Assembly (NCBI GenBank): GCA_965198125.1
Contig: CBDAOQ010000003.1
Location: 3,407,953 to 3,471,952, forward strand
Source: Candidatus Versatilivorator sp.
GTDB taxonomy: Bacteria; Acidobacteriota; Terriglobia; Versatilivoradales; Versatilivoraceae
DNA: 64,000 bases
Direction: 5' to 3'
Shown: one piece after another, positions 18,164 through 27,792 of the stretch
How the letters are laid out: each line of letters starts with the position of its first letter
Numbering within the stretch: position 1 is the first letter of the stretch
Position numbers and translations under genes: made by a program
Notes under the pieces: model-generated
The model's database searches: none
What the model saw: the letters and a program-made list of their open reading frames with translations, nothing else
What the model was told of the DNA's origin: nothing

Positions 18164-19804
18164 ATGCTGGGCAGCCAGGTGATCGCCCAACTCTTGAAAC
18201 GGGAAGGAGTGGAGCAGGTGTTCTGCTTTCCACTGACTCCGATCCTCGACGCCTTGACCGAGGCCGGCATCCGGCTGATCGTGGCCCGTCAGGAACGGGT
18301 GGCGGGCAACATGGCGGACGGTTTCTCGCGAACCACTTGCGGGGACCGAATCGGGGTGGTGACAGTGCAGCAGGGTCCGGGAGCCGAGAACGCCTTCGCC
18401 GGGATCGCCCACGCCTATACCGATTCGAGCCCCATCCTCTTCCTTCCGGGTCATCCCGGGCGAAACCAGGTTGGGGTCCCACCCACCTTCGGCGCACTGG
18501 AGAACTACCGGGCCACCACCAAGTGGGCCGACCGGGTGCCGGCGGCAGCAGCCATCCCCGGACGGATGGCTCGGGCTTTTACCGCCTTGCGTTCGGGGCG
18601 CCCCGGACCGGTCCTGCTGGAGATTCCGGTGGACGTGGCCGAGGAGGAGTTTCCGGGTCCCCTGGAGTACCAGCCGGTGCCGAAAATAAGGACCGGTGGA
18701 GACCCCGCGGCTGTCAGGGAGGCCGTTCGGTTGCTGCTGGCCGCCAAGCGGCCGCTCATCTGGGCAGGGCAGGGGGTTTTCTATGCCAAGGCCTCCAGTG
18801 AGCTGGAGCAGGTGGCGGAGCAGTTGGCGGCGCCGGTGATGACCTCGCTCCAGGGTAAGAGCGCCTTCAACGAGACGCACCCCCTGGCCCTGGGGACGAC
18901 CGGATACAGCCAAACCGCCATGGTGGGCGAGCATCTGGCGGCCAGCGATGCCCTGTTGGTCGTCGGGGCCAGCCTGACCCGTTCCCTGTTCGCCCCCACC
19001 ATTCCCAACGACGGAAGGGTTCTGATTCACGCCACCCTGGACTGGAAGGATCTGAACAAGGGCTATCGGGCCGATGTGCCCATCCTGGGGGATGCCAAAC
19101 TGGTGCTGCAACAGGTGCTGGAGGAGATTGGCCGCCATTCGGGGAATGGGGAAAGGGAGGCTCGGCGCCAATCGGTCCAGGCCGGCATAGCGAGCCTACG
19201 GAAGGCTTGGCGGGCCCGCTGGGCTGGCAAGCTCCGATCCTCCCAGGTCCCCATCAACCCCTATCGAGTCATCGGGGAGCTGATGAAAGCGGTGGACCCG
19301 GCCTCAGCCATGGTCACCCACGATTCCGGCTCCCCCCGAGATCAAATCGCTCCATTTTATGAGGCGGTCACTCCGCGCGGTTACCTGGGGTGGGGAAATT
19401 CGACCCAATTGGGATTTTCCCTGGGCGCCGCCATGGGGGCCAAGCTGGCGGCTCCGGACAAGTTGGTGGTGACCTTCATGGGAGATGCGGCCTTTGGGAT
19501 GGTCGGCATGGATCTGGAGACCGCGGTGCGGGAACACATCCCCATCCTGATTCTTCTGGTAAACAATTCGGCCATGGGCGGCTACGAGCAGTACATCCCC
19601 AAGGCTGCCATTGAGGGTCGCGTTAAATTCCTGTCCGGGAACTACAGCCAGGTGGCTCGGGGGCTGGGGGCCTACGCCGAGCGGATAGACCGTCCGGAGG
19701 CGGTACAGGCCGCCTTGCAACGGGGAATAGCCGCAACTCGGGAGGGACAACCGGCCCTGCTGGAGTTCATCACCTGTGAGGAAAGGGATATCGCCAAGCG
19801 GTAG
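18164..19804 (+). CDS. thiamine pyrophosphate-dependent enzyme (acetolactate synthase / benzoylformate decarboxylase-like)
   Basis: Three-domain TPP enzyme organization with a C-terminal GDAAFGM-type TPP-binding motif. Strong RBS GGAAGGAGAAAAAATG at the chosen start. Confidence 0.8.
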   Translation: MLGSQVIAQLLKREGVEQVFCFPLTPILDALTEAGIRLIVARQERVAGNMADGFSRTTCGDRIGVVTVQQGPGAENAFAGIAHAYTDSSPILFLPGHPGRNQVGVPPTFGALENYRATTKWADRVPAAAAIPGRMARAFTALRSGRPGPVLLEIPVDVAEEEFPGPLEYQPVPKIRTGGDPAAVREAVRLLLAAKRPLIWAGQGVFYAKASSELEQVAEQLAAPVMTSLQGKSAFNETHPLALGTTGYSQTAMVGEHLAASDALLVVGASLTRSLFAPTIPNDGRVLIHATLDWKDLNKGYRADVPILGDAKLVLQQVLEEIGRHSGNGEREARRQSVQAGIASLRKAWRARWAGKLRSSQVPINPYRVIGELMKAVDPASAMVTHDSGSPRDQIAPFYEAVTPRGYLGWGNSTQLGFSLGAAMGAKLAAPDKLVVTFMGDAAFGMVGMDLETAVREHIPILILLVNNSAMGGYEQYIPKAAIEGRVKFLSGNYSQVARGLGAYAERIDRPEAVQAALQRGIAATREGQPALLEFITCEERDIAKR

Positions 19805-19906
19805 AAACCGGTGGGCTGAGATCGAACCTGCCGCTGGCGGCGACCTGCCGGACCTGCCCTCCCGATCGACGCCACGGGTCCGATCGGGCTTGCCGCCCTG
19901 CCCTGC

Positions 19907-20935
19907 CTACTCGCCACTTCCCAAACTATAGCTGACCACCGTATACAGGGCGTACATTGCCAGCATGGCCACTCCCTGAGAGCGGCTCAGCCGCTCTCTG
20001 CCCGGGAGGAGGCCGATCCTCAAGGTCAGCAGCAGCAGCAGCATGGTTGGGAAAAGGAGGGTAAAGAAGTGGGGATCGGCGATCAGTCCTCCGCGCGTGA
20101 CCGCCCCCGAAGCGCCGACCACGAACAGGACGTTGAGGATATTGGCGCCGATCACGTTGCCCAGCGCTAACTCCCCGTGACTCCGCAGGGCCGCTGTGAC
20201 GGCGATGAACAGCTCTGGCAGGGAAGTGCCGAAAGCCACCAGAGTTGCCGCGATCACGCTTTCCGGAACCTGCAGTCGGACGGCGCACTCGGTGACTGCC
20301 GGGAGGAGAATGCGGGCAGAGACGACCACCAGGGCAATGGCTCCCACCAACTTGGCGGCAATCACCCCGGTCGAGTCCGTTTCGCTCTCCTGTCCCTCTG
20401 ACGACGCCGGGTTTCTTTCCCGGGCCCAGCGGATCGATTGCCAGACATAACCGGCAAGGGCCAGCAGAAAGGCGACGGCCACGAATTGGGTGACTCGACC
20501 GCCGCCGGTGAGGGCATCCCCCGCCGATGGCCAGGGGATACAGGCCAGAACCAGCAGAATGACCGCGGCCAACTGGATGGCATTCTGCCGCATGACGATC
20601 TTCCGGTTGATCCTGGGCGGATCCAGGATACAGGCCAGTCCCAGAATCAGACCGGTGTTGCAGATGATGGAGCCGACTGCGTTTCCCAAAGCCAGACCCG
20701 ATTGGCCTCGGAAAGCGGCCAGAACCGAGACGGCCACCTCCGGCGTAGTGGTCCCCAGGCTCACAATGGTGGCGCCGATCACCACCTCGGGAATGTTCGA
20801 GCGTTGCGACAGGCTGATGGCTGCAGAGATCAGCCAGTCGGCCGCCTTTCCCAAAATGAGCAGGCTGCCCAGGATGACTCCTGCCAGCAGGCTCCAATGG
20901 ATCTCGGACAAAAGGGATTGAAAGGCTTGTTCCAA
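19907..20935 (-). CDS. calcium/sodium antiporter (CaCA/YrbG family)
   Basis: Two alpha-repeat regions (GNAVGSIICNTGLILG, GNVIGANILNVLFVVG) and about 10 TM segments; 342 aa. Confidence 0.8.
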   Translation of the reverse strand: MEQAFQSLLSEIHWSLLAGVILGSLLILGKAADWLISAAISLSQRSNIPEVVIGATIVSLGTTTPEVAVSVLAAFRGQSGLALGNAVGSIICNTGLILGLACILDPPRINRKIVMRQNAIQLAAVILLVLACIPWPSAGDALTGGGRVTQFVAVAFLLALAGYVWQSIRWARERNPASSEGQESETDSTGVIAAKLVGAIALVVVSARILLPAVTECAVRLQVPESVIAATLVAFGTSLPELFIAVTAALRSHGELALGNVIGANILNVLFVVGASGAVTRGGLIADPHFFTLLFPTMLLLLLTLRIGLLPGRERLSRSQGVAMLAMYALYTVVSYSLGSGE

Positions 20936-21122
20936 GGGGTCGAGCGCAGGTTGCAGGGTAGCGGCCGCTTGAGCTGCGAGTGGCTGATGGCGAGGACCGC
21001 TTTGGCGTTGGAGGGTCTCGCAGGCAGGATGCTATTCGTTTCTTTCCAGGATGGCAATCAAATCCCGGTAATTGCTATCGGGAGGGCCGCCCCATGAGAA
21101 CCGGGATTCAGGGGAGAAACCA

Positions 21123-21292
21123 GCGAGGCCGTGCCTCAGACCGACAAGCAAGGGAAAAGAGATATCCACGAAGTAACACGAAGGGACAAAAAAAGATATC
21201 CACGAAGGACCACGAAGGGGCACGAAGAACCACAAATGGACACAAATGGACACGAAGGAGCACGAAGAGACTGATTGATGAATGGTTAATTG
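21123..21292. repeat. conserved unit GCGAGGCCGTGCCTCAGACCGACAAGCAAGGGAAAAGAG followed by 9-bp CACGAAGGN tandem array and CTGATTGATGAATGGTTAATTG
   Basis: About 11 imperfect 9-mers at 21164-21268. The same unit plus a shorter array occurs at 54279-54367 and a truncated one at 54518-54562. Confidence 0.7.
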
Positions 21293-21370
21293 GGGGGGGT
21301 GTAAAAACCGATTTTGCCTAAAATCCGCAATCTACAATCCAAAACAGCCGTACGAGAAATTGGTTAGCCA

Positions 21371-21490
21371 CGCCCCCGCCCGGCATGACGGGGCGGCTCA
21401 TACGGGGTGAAACAGGGGTGTTTCAGAACGAGTGATTAGTGATTAGCCGGGCCCCCGCCGTGCCGGGCGGATCATTCGAGAGTGAAACAA
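21371..21490. repeat. two tandem copies of the GC hairpin + ATCATNCGAGAGTGAAACA motif (copies 2 and 3), separated by a GTGATTAGTGATTAG direct repeat
   Basis: CGCCCCCGCCCGGCATGACGGGGCGGCTCATACGGGGTGAAACAGG and GGGCCCCCGCCGTGCCGGGCGGATCATTCGAGAGTGAAACAA. The perfect palindrome GGGACATGTCCC lies at about 21511. Confidence 0.6.
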
Positions 21491-21556
21491 CGGACCCTTA
21501 TGGCTTTTTGGGAGTAGGGACATGTCCCGTTAAACCGGTTTGTTGTATTAGGGAAC

Positions 21557-21811
21557 ATCGATAGACAGGATAGACAGGATAAACAGGACGAGAAGCTGCT
21601 GCACAGGAAGGTGACTGGCTCGATGATCGGGTGTGGTTTGAAGTGATCCATGAGCTTGGGAGCGGGTTTTTGGAATCGGTATTAGGAGAAGGCGATGATG
21701 ATGGCCGTCTCTAAGGCAGGACTTGCCATTCAGTCTCACAAGCCCGCCAAGGTCTGCTTTCGGGAGAAGCCGGTTGGCGACAACACATCCTGTTTATCCT
21801 GTCCATCCATG
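21557..21811. repeat. MITE-like unit with ACAGGATA-repeat terminal inverted repeats, copy 2
   Basis: CATCGATAGACAGGATAGACAGGATAAACAGGAC ... ATCCTGTTTATCCTGTCCATCCATG; internal sequence homologous to copy 1. Confidence 0.7.
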
Positions 21812-21869
21812 TAAATCAGGGATCTGCTCATGCCCGACGCCGAGACGAAGGGCCGGGAACTTAATTTCG

Positions 21870-22170
21870 TGATCTTGGCGTCACTTCGTGCCCTTGGTGG
21901 ATAACTTTTTCCCCTTCGTGTCTTTCTTCTTGGCCCTTCACGGACCCCTTTCGACTATTTTCCAACCCCTTAGAGTCCCTTCGCGGATTAATCTCTTGCC
22001 CCCTGTACAGATACTTTGGCGCCCTTCGTGGAAATCTATTCCCCCTTCCCGACCTTTGGCGGAACCCTCTTGAGCCTTCTCCAACCCCTTAGTGGCCCTT
22101 CGTGGTCCTTCGTGCCCCTTCGTGGATATCTTTTTTTGTCCTTTGCGGATAACGCTCAAGTGTTTCAGGC
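21870..22170. repeat. about 280-bp arm repeat with CTTCGTG 9-mers, ending GGATAACGCTCAAGTGTTTCAGGCAAGC, abutting the stop of the minus-strand gene at 22175
   Basis: About 85% identical to 33964-34240; partial copies at 47556-47700 and 15174-15250. It is the inverted-orientation counterpart of the CACGAAG array at 21164-21268. Confidence 0.7.
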
Positions 22171-22174
22171 AAGC

Positions 22175-22813
22175 TCAATCAGTAGAATCCGATGCGCCTG
22201 CAGTTGATGAGTCCCCGTCGGAGCCTCGACCGGCGCTCTCGCCTTCGAGGTCCGGCTCCAGATGCACCGCATAGCTCTGGGCTACCGGAATGCAGAAGGT
22301 GTCGGCGTCATCGCAGGCGAAGTAGCGAACAGTAAGATGCAGAGGCCGGCTGTGGCCGGTGACGGCGATGTCCAGCAGGAACTCCCGGGGATCCTTGTCG
22401 GCGGGTTGCTCGACCTTGGGGCCGGTCCCGCGGTTGGGGGTGACCCGGACTCCCTCGGGAGTCTCCAGCCTGAATTCCAGTGGCTTGACCCGGTTGTTCC
22501 AGTGGACGGCGTAAAGTGGGTCCAGATGAAACCCGATATAGAGCTTGCCCTCTCCCCGGGTCAGGAAGGGTGGGTCCACCGCGGCCCGAAGCGTGGCGTA
22601 GAAGGGGATGGGTCTTTTCTGCTTGCCCGGCACGATTTTCAGCGGGACCATTGCGGAGGGCCGCCGGATCCCGGGAACGATGCCGGAGGGAATGTTTGGG
22701 TTGGGCCGGCCGAGCTTCAGCTCCGTCTGCAGCTCGGCCGCCTGAGCCCGTTCCATTGTCATGGGCGTCAAGGCAAGCAGGCCCAATCCAAACCATGCGG
22801 TTGCTCTCATCAC
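22175..22813 (-). CDS. secreted hypothetical protein
   Basis: Signal peptide MMRATAWFGLGLLALTPMTMERAQA. ATGA start/stop overlap with the upstream MATE gene suggests an operon. Confidence 0.5.
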   Translation of the reverse strand: MMRATAWFGLGLLALTPMTMERAQAAELQTELKLGRPNPNIPSGIVPGIRRPSAMVPLKIVPGKQKRPIPFYATLRAAVDPPFLTRGEGKLYIGFHLDPLYAVHWNNRVKPLEFRLETPEGVRVTPNRGTGPKVEQPADKDPREFLLDIAVTGHSRPLHLTVRYFACDDADTFCIPVAQSYAVHLEPDLEGESAGRGSDGDSSTAGASDSTD

Positions 22814-24288
22814 CGGTCTTCCTCTTCTTGTAGTGTACAGCCTGCCGAACGGCGGCCGCTACCGGGTTTGAAGACGCTGCCCGTAGCGTCGCGGTTCCCC
22901 TGAAGTGCAGCCGCCCGGCCCTCACTGAGCTCTCTGGACTTGCGGATCCAGACCGCCAGCAGCACCGTGCCGATGGCGATCAGCCCGGCCGACAGTCCGA
23001 CCCACAGGCCTTGAACCCCCCAATTGAAATGAAAACAGAGAAAATAGCCCAGCACCATCCCGACCGGCCAATGTCCGATCAGGTTGACCACCATGGGCGT
23101 CCTGGTATCGGCGGCGCCTCTCAGGTTGCCGGTGGCCACCACCTGAACACCGTCGAAAAACATGAAAGCCGCGGCGATCAGCAGCAGGGGCGTTCCGATG
23201 CCGATCACCCGCGGGTCTCCGGTAAACAAGCGCATGATCCCCTGAGGCAGCAGGACAAAAAGCAGGCCCGACACCAGCATGAATCCGCTTCCCAGCAGCA
23301 GGGCCATCCACCCGGAGTCCGCCGCCCGCTGGGGCTCTCCTCGGCCGATTTCCCGACCCACCCGCACCGCTCCGGCCGAGGAGATGCCCAGCGGAACCAT
23401 GAACACGAAGCCGGCCGCGTTCAGGGCGATCTGGTGGGCGGCCACCGCCGCAGGCTCCAGCTTGCCCGCCAGCGAGGTCACGGCGGCGAAGACGCCCACC
23501 TCCAGGGTGGTCTGCAGGGATGCCGGAAGGCCCAGGTTCACCATCCGGCGCATTCTGTCCAGGTCAGGCTTGAAAGAGATCCTCAGCAGGGGTGTCCGCT
23601 GGCGGCGGTGGTATCGGAAGATGAGCATCCCCAGGCCGAGAGCCATGTACAGGCGCGAGATGCAGGTCGCCCAGCCCGCGCCCTCGACTCCCATGGCGGG
23701 GAACCCCAGTTTGCCGAATATGAAGACCCAGTTGGCGCAGACATTCACCAGGTTGGCGGTGACCAGCACGACCATGATCCCCTTGACTCGCCCGATTCCT
23801 TGCAGATAGCGGCGAAAGGTGTTGTAGAGCATCAGCGGGAATATGCTCCAACTCACCGCTTTCAGGTAAGGTGGCGTGAGCGCCAGCACCTCCGGGTGGA
23901 AGCCCCAGAACTGCAGGTAGGGCAAGCTGCCCCAGAGGATGAACATCATAAAGGGGCTGAGCAGAAGGCTGAGATGAATGCCGTGCACCAGCCATCCCTG
24001 GCAGTCCTCCCATTGATTGGCTCCGTGGGCTTGCGACACCAGGGTGTCCAAGCCCAAAGACAAGCCCATCCCCAGGATAGTTGCCGCCAGAAATACCGCC
24101 GTTCCGATGCTCACGGCCCCGATGGCTTCGGCACTCAGGCGTCCCACCATCATGGTATCCACCAGGCTCATGGTCATCCAGCCCAGCTCGGTCATGACCA
24201 CCGGGACCGACAGGGATACCATCGGTTTCAGTTCTCGAAGCAATCTCGCCGGGCAGTCCTTTGGGACAGGAGTCGGAATGTGGGGCAT
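22810..24288 (-). CDS. MATE family efflux transporter
   Basis: 12-TM protein with MATE-like N-terminus MVSLSVPVVMTELGWMTMSLVDTMMVGRL. Start set at MPHIPTP; the ORF-track N-terminal extension is probably not translated. Confidence 0.8.
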   Translation of the reverse strand: MPHIPTPVPKDCPARLLRELKPMVSLSVPVVMTELGWMTMSLVDTMMVGRLSAEAIGAVSIGTAVFLAATILGMGLSLGLDTLVSQAHGANQWEDCQGWLVHGIHLSLLLSPFMMFILWGSLPYLQFWGFHPEVLALTPPYLKAVSWSIFPLMLYNTFRRYLQGIGRVKGIMVVLVTANLVNVCANWVFIFGKLGFPAMGVEGAGWATCISRLYMALGLGMLIFRYHRRQRTPLLRISFKPDLDRMRRMVNLGLPASLQTTLEVGVFAAVTSLAGKLEPAAVAAHQIALNAAGFVFMVPLGISSAGAVRVGREIGRGEPQRAADSGWMALLLGSGFMLVSGLLFVLLPQGIMRLFTGDPRVIGIGTPLLLIAAAFMFFDGVQVVATGNLRGAADTRTPMVVNLIGHWPVGMVLGYFLCFHFNWGVQGLWVGLSAGLIAIGTVLLAVWIRKSRELSEGRAAALQGNRDATGSVFKPGSGRRSAGCTLQEEEDR

Positions 24289-24462
24289 TCTTTTTGTTTT
24301 GTGGTTTGGGAAGTTACTCCGTAAACTCTCGGCACGATTCAGGCCGGTGCTGCAGTCGGGCCGGCGAGCTTCAGGAAGCGGGAGCCGGACGGCTGGATAA
24401 TCCCCCGGCGGGAGCGAGCCGGCGGCGGAAGCCGGTTCACTCAACGGGCAAAGGAGGTCCCC

Positions 24463-25572
24463 TTGGTCATGCAACAGGAATCCAATGTAGCAAAAAACAG
24501 GCCCATGGAGCGCCGGGAATTTTTGCGGGCGGCAGGAAAGATCGCCGCGGTCACCGCCATGACCTCCGAGGCCTTCGGCCGCAATTTCGGCCCTGAGGCG
24601 GAGCCGGTGCGCTATCCGGAGCCGGACGTGATTGCCCTCGACAAGCGCTTCAAGTACAAGCTGGGCAACTCACCCATCCTGCGCCTGCACCGCGGGACCC
24701 TGTGGGCTGAAGGACCGGCCTGGAGCGGCGTCGGCCGCTACCTGTTGTGGAGCGATATCCCCAACAACGAGCAGCTTCGCTGGCTGGAGGAAGACGGCCA
24801 CGTGGCACGGCGATTTCGCTTTCCCTCCGGGAACTCCAACGGGAACACCTTTGACTTTCAGGGCCGGCAGATCGCTTGTGAGCACGGCAACCGCAGGGTG
24901 GTGCGCTACGAGTTCAACGGTGGAGTCACGGTGCTGGCAGACTCCCACGGGGGCAAGCCGCTCAATGCTCCCAACGACGCCGTGGTCCATCCCGATGACG
25001 GTGCCGTCTGGTTTACCGATCCCGGCTACGGCAGCCTGATGAACTACGAGGGGCACCGGGCCGACACGGGATCGCTCCAGCCCTTTCAGAAGGAAGCCAT
25101 CTATCGGATCGACCTCCGGCAGGGTACCATTGAAAAAGTGGCGGACGACATCTACAAGCCCAACGGGCTCTGTTTTTCTCCCGACTACAAGAAACTCTAC
25201 GTGGCCGACACCGGCGCCTCACACTATCCGGAAGCACCCAGAAACATCAAAGTCTGGGACCTGGTGGACCAGAGGCACCTGCGAAACGGGAGAGAGTTCG
25301 CTTCGATGGAGCTCGAGGGCAAGACCGGTTTCGCCGACGGGATCCGGGCCGATACCGACGGCAATATCTGGGCCAGCGCCGGTTGGGTGGGGGACGGTTA
25401 CGACGGGGTACACATCTTTGCCCCCAACGGCGACCGCATCGGCTTGATCAGGCTTCCGGAGATCTGCTCCAACGTCTGCTTTGGGGGAACCAAGCGCAAC
25501 CGGCTGTTCATGACCGGGAGTCAGTCCCTGTACGCGGTCTACGTGGAGACCCAGGGAGCCCACCTGACCTGA
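24463..25572 (+). CDS. SMP-30/gluconolactonase/LRE family protein with Tat-type signal
   Basis: RREFLRAAG twin-arginine motif; six-bladed beta-propeller lactonase family features. Confidence 0.8.
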   Translation: MVMQQESNVAKNRPMERREFLRAAGKIAAVTAMTSEAFGRNFGPEAEPVRYPEPDVIALDKRFKYKLGNSPILRLHRGTLWAEGPAWSGVGRYLLWSDIPNNEQLRWLEEDGHVARRFRFPSGNSNGNTFDFQGRQIACEHGNRRVVRYEFNGGVTVLADSHGGKPLNAPNDAVVHPDDGAVWFTDPGYGSLMNYEGHRADTGSLQPFQKEAIYRIDLRQGTIEKVADDIYKPNGLCFSPDYKKLYVADTGASHYPEAPRNIKVWDLVDQRHLRNGREFASMELEGKTGFADGIRADTDGNIWASAGWVGDGYDGVHIFAPNGDRIGLIRLPEICSNVCFGGTKRNRLFMTGSQSLYAVYVETQGAHLT

Positions 25573-25638
25573 AGGTGATGGCCTTTCCCACCAGCGCAGC
25601 TTTCGCGACCCACACACCGGGGGGCACCCGCGGCCTTA

Positions 25639-26121
25639 TCAGCTTGAATCCGCGCCCGCGGTCTTGTTTCCGCGGCCACTGATGAGGAGCAGGATGGAGC
25701 CCAGGGCCAGGCCGATGACCATGGCCATCACGATCCAGACCACCGCGTTGCGCCCCGGAATCACCAGGTAGCCTTGCAGGGGGCCGATACCCTCGCCCAC
25801 GTTGCCTCCCTGAGTGACGAGGAAGCGGGGGGACTGCCACTGCCACAGGTAGGCCAGCCAGTAGGTCACCATGACCATCAATCGGGTGCAGAGGGTATAG
25901 AGGAAAAGCTCCTTGAATAGTGCTCTGTAGGGCCGGTCGCTCTGAGACTCCTGGATCCGGTAAGCAAGGTAGAAGGGTACCAGAAAGTGCAGCCAGGCGA
26001 CCCCCAGCAGATTGTTGATCGAATCGGGCGCACCCAGTTGTTCCAGGATGATTCGCAGCACGACCAGGGTTGCGGCGACGATCAGCGGCCATTTCAGCCT
26101 GTCTCCGGTATCCGGTGCCAT
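25639..26121 (-). CDS. hypothetical integral membrane protein
   Basis: Four predicted hydrophobic helices. Chosen over the overlapping Arg/Pro-rich alternate-frame ORF 25508-26167. Confidence 0.45.
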   Translation of the reverse strand: MAPDTGDRLKWPLIVAATLVVLRIILEQLGAPDSINNLLGVAWLHFLVPFYLAYRIQESQSDRPYRALFKELFLYTLCTRLMVMVTYWLAYLWQWQSPRFLVTQGGNVGEGIGPLQGYLVIPGRNAVVWIVMAMVIGLALGSILLLISGRGNKTAGADSS

Positions 26122-26293
26122 GGGTTGTCTCCTTGGGGAATCGGTCGACGTTGGTGGCTTGTAGCATATCATGGGCTGGAACTCGGAGTGATTCCTCCCG
26201 GCTGGGGTTGGGAATCGAAACGGGGCGTGCGGGCTCGGGAAGGAGACGAGTGATACATGGTTAGGTTCGGTCCCGCTGATCGGATGTCTCTTT

Positions 26294-27748
26294 GTGGCCG
26301 CGAGCGGTGGCTCGGCTCGAGCCCTGGATTTCGTGCAGCAGATCGCTCCCGGTGTCCACCTGGCCGGCTTCGCCGACCGTTACGGCTCCGCCAACTGCGG
26401 TTGGATCGAGTTGGAGGATCGGACGGTGCTGATTGACCTGCCGCCGGGGATCGGGGCCGAGGCCTTCCTGGCGGCGGTTGCCCGAACCAGCTCGAAGCCG
26501 GTCCGCTCGTTGTTGCTCACCAGTGAACCGGACCCGGAAAACGAGACGCTGCGGGCGCTCAAGGCGAGGGGCGTTGAGGTGGTGGAGGTTTCCGGGGCGG
26601 GAAGAAAAATCCCGGTGGGGAAGGGGCCAAGATCCATTGAAACGATCCCCTGCGATGACGGCCTGGAGACCGGGGCGACAGCCATCTACCTGCCGCGGGA
26701 GCGGATCCTGTTTGCGGGCCGGATGGTCATCCACGGTCCGCGGGCGGAGCTGTCGGGCCGGGACACCCTGGCCTGGATGGCTACGCTTCGAAAACTGAAG
26801 CGGCTTGGGGCCAAGCGGGTGGTTCCGGGCTACGGAAGCTGGGAGGGGGAAGATCTTCTGGGCCGCCAGATGCGTTATCTGGCCGAGTTGCGCCGCCAGG
26901 TGGCTTACGGGATCTGCCTGGGCCTCCCGCTGGAAGAGATCCGCAAAGGGATCCTGCTGCCCGCTTCCTACTATGCCTGGACGGCTTACGGAGAGCCCAC
27001 CGCCGAAGACATCGAGCACCTGTTCCGGGAACAGACGGTCCCCGCGGCTCCCTTCGGGCGAGAGGAGCCCTCTGGACAGGACAAGGGTCCTCAGGCCCTG
27101 GTCCTGATCGGTGACCGGTTTCATGAGCCGGAGCACATCCGGGAGGGCTTGAAACCGGTCTTCGAGGCGACCGGGGTGACCCCCCACTTTGCCGTAGACG
27201 TCCGAGCGCTGTCAGCCGGAAACCTGGCCCAGGTGCAACTGTTGGTGGTCCTGAAGGACGGCATGCTGTGGCCGGAGGGGAATGAACGTCCCTACCGCCA
27301 GTGGATGACCATGGAGCAGCAGAAGGCGGTGGTTGAATTTGTGGAAGCCGGAGGGGGATTTCTGAACCTGCACAACTCCATGGGACTCTACCCCGAGGGC
27401 CCTTATCTCGACCTGGTGGGAGGGCGTTACAAGGGGCACGGACCTCTGGAGAGATTTGGGGTGGAGGTCGTGGATGGGGACCATCCCGTTACCCGGGGCG
27501 TGAGCAACTTCTTCGTGGCCGACGAGCAGCACACGCCTTCCTACGACTCGCAGAAGGTGGAGTTGCTGCTGAGGAATCGCTCCGATCAAGGCACGGTGGG
27601 TGCCGCCGGTTGGGCGTATCAGGCCGGCAAGGGACGCCTTTGTCACCTGGCCAACGGCCATACTCGAGAATCCCTGGACCACCCGATGTTCCAGCGCCTG
27701 ATGCGGAACGCCGTCAAGTGGTGTCTGGCTGCGCCGGACCCCCGATAG
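26294..27748 (+). CDS. fusion protein: N-terminal MBL-fold domain plus C-terminal ThuA-like (class I glutamine amidotransferase-like) domain
   Basis: N-terminal half resembles metallo-beta-lactamase fold proteins. C-terminal half has ThuA hallmarks: GGGFLNLHNS, GGRYKGHGP, DGDHPVTRGV. GTG start. Confidence 0.65.
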   Translation: MAASGGSARALDFVQQIAPGVHLAGFADRYGSANCGWIELEDRTVLIDLPPGIGAEAFLAAVARTSSKPVRSLLLTSEPDPENETLRALKARGVEVVEVSGAGRKIPVGKGPRSIETIPCDDGLETGATAIYLPRERILFAGRMVIHGPRAELSGRDTLAWMATLRKLKRLGAKRVVPGYGSWEGEDLLGRQMRYLAELRRQVAYGICLGLPLEEIRKGILLPASYYAWTAYGEPTAEDIEHLFREQTVPAAPFGREEPSGQDKGPQALVLIGDRFHEPEHIREGLKPVFEATGVTPHFAVDVRALSAGNLAQVQLLVVLKDGMLWPEGNERPYRQWMTMEQQKAVVEFVEAGGGFLNLHNSMGLYPEGPYLDLVGGRYKGHGPLERFGVEVVDGDHPVTRGVSNFFVADEQHTPSYDSQKVELLLRNRSDQGTVGAAGWAYQAGKGRLCHLANGHTRESLDHPMFQRLMRNAVKWCLAAPDPR

Positions 27749-27792
27749 GGATCGGCGCCGATCCGGCTCCCCGCCTGGTCTGGCCGGGCGGG

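Noticed and set aside
17738-19171. 477-aa minus-strand ORF
   Set aside because: Antisense to the TPP-enzyme gene, which has a strong RBS and family motifs. Gly/Pro/Arg-rich.
21164-22125. Possible CRISPR array suggested by regularly spaced short repeats
   Set aside because: Repeat units are only 8-9 bp, are contiguous (no spacers of 25-40 bp) and are imperfect. No cas genes are nearby. This is a tandem micro-repeat array, not CRISPR.
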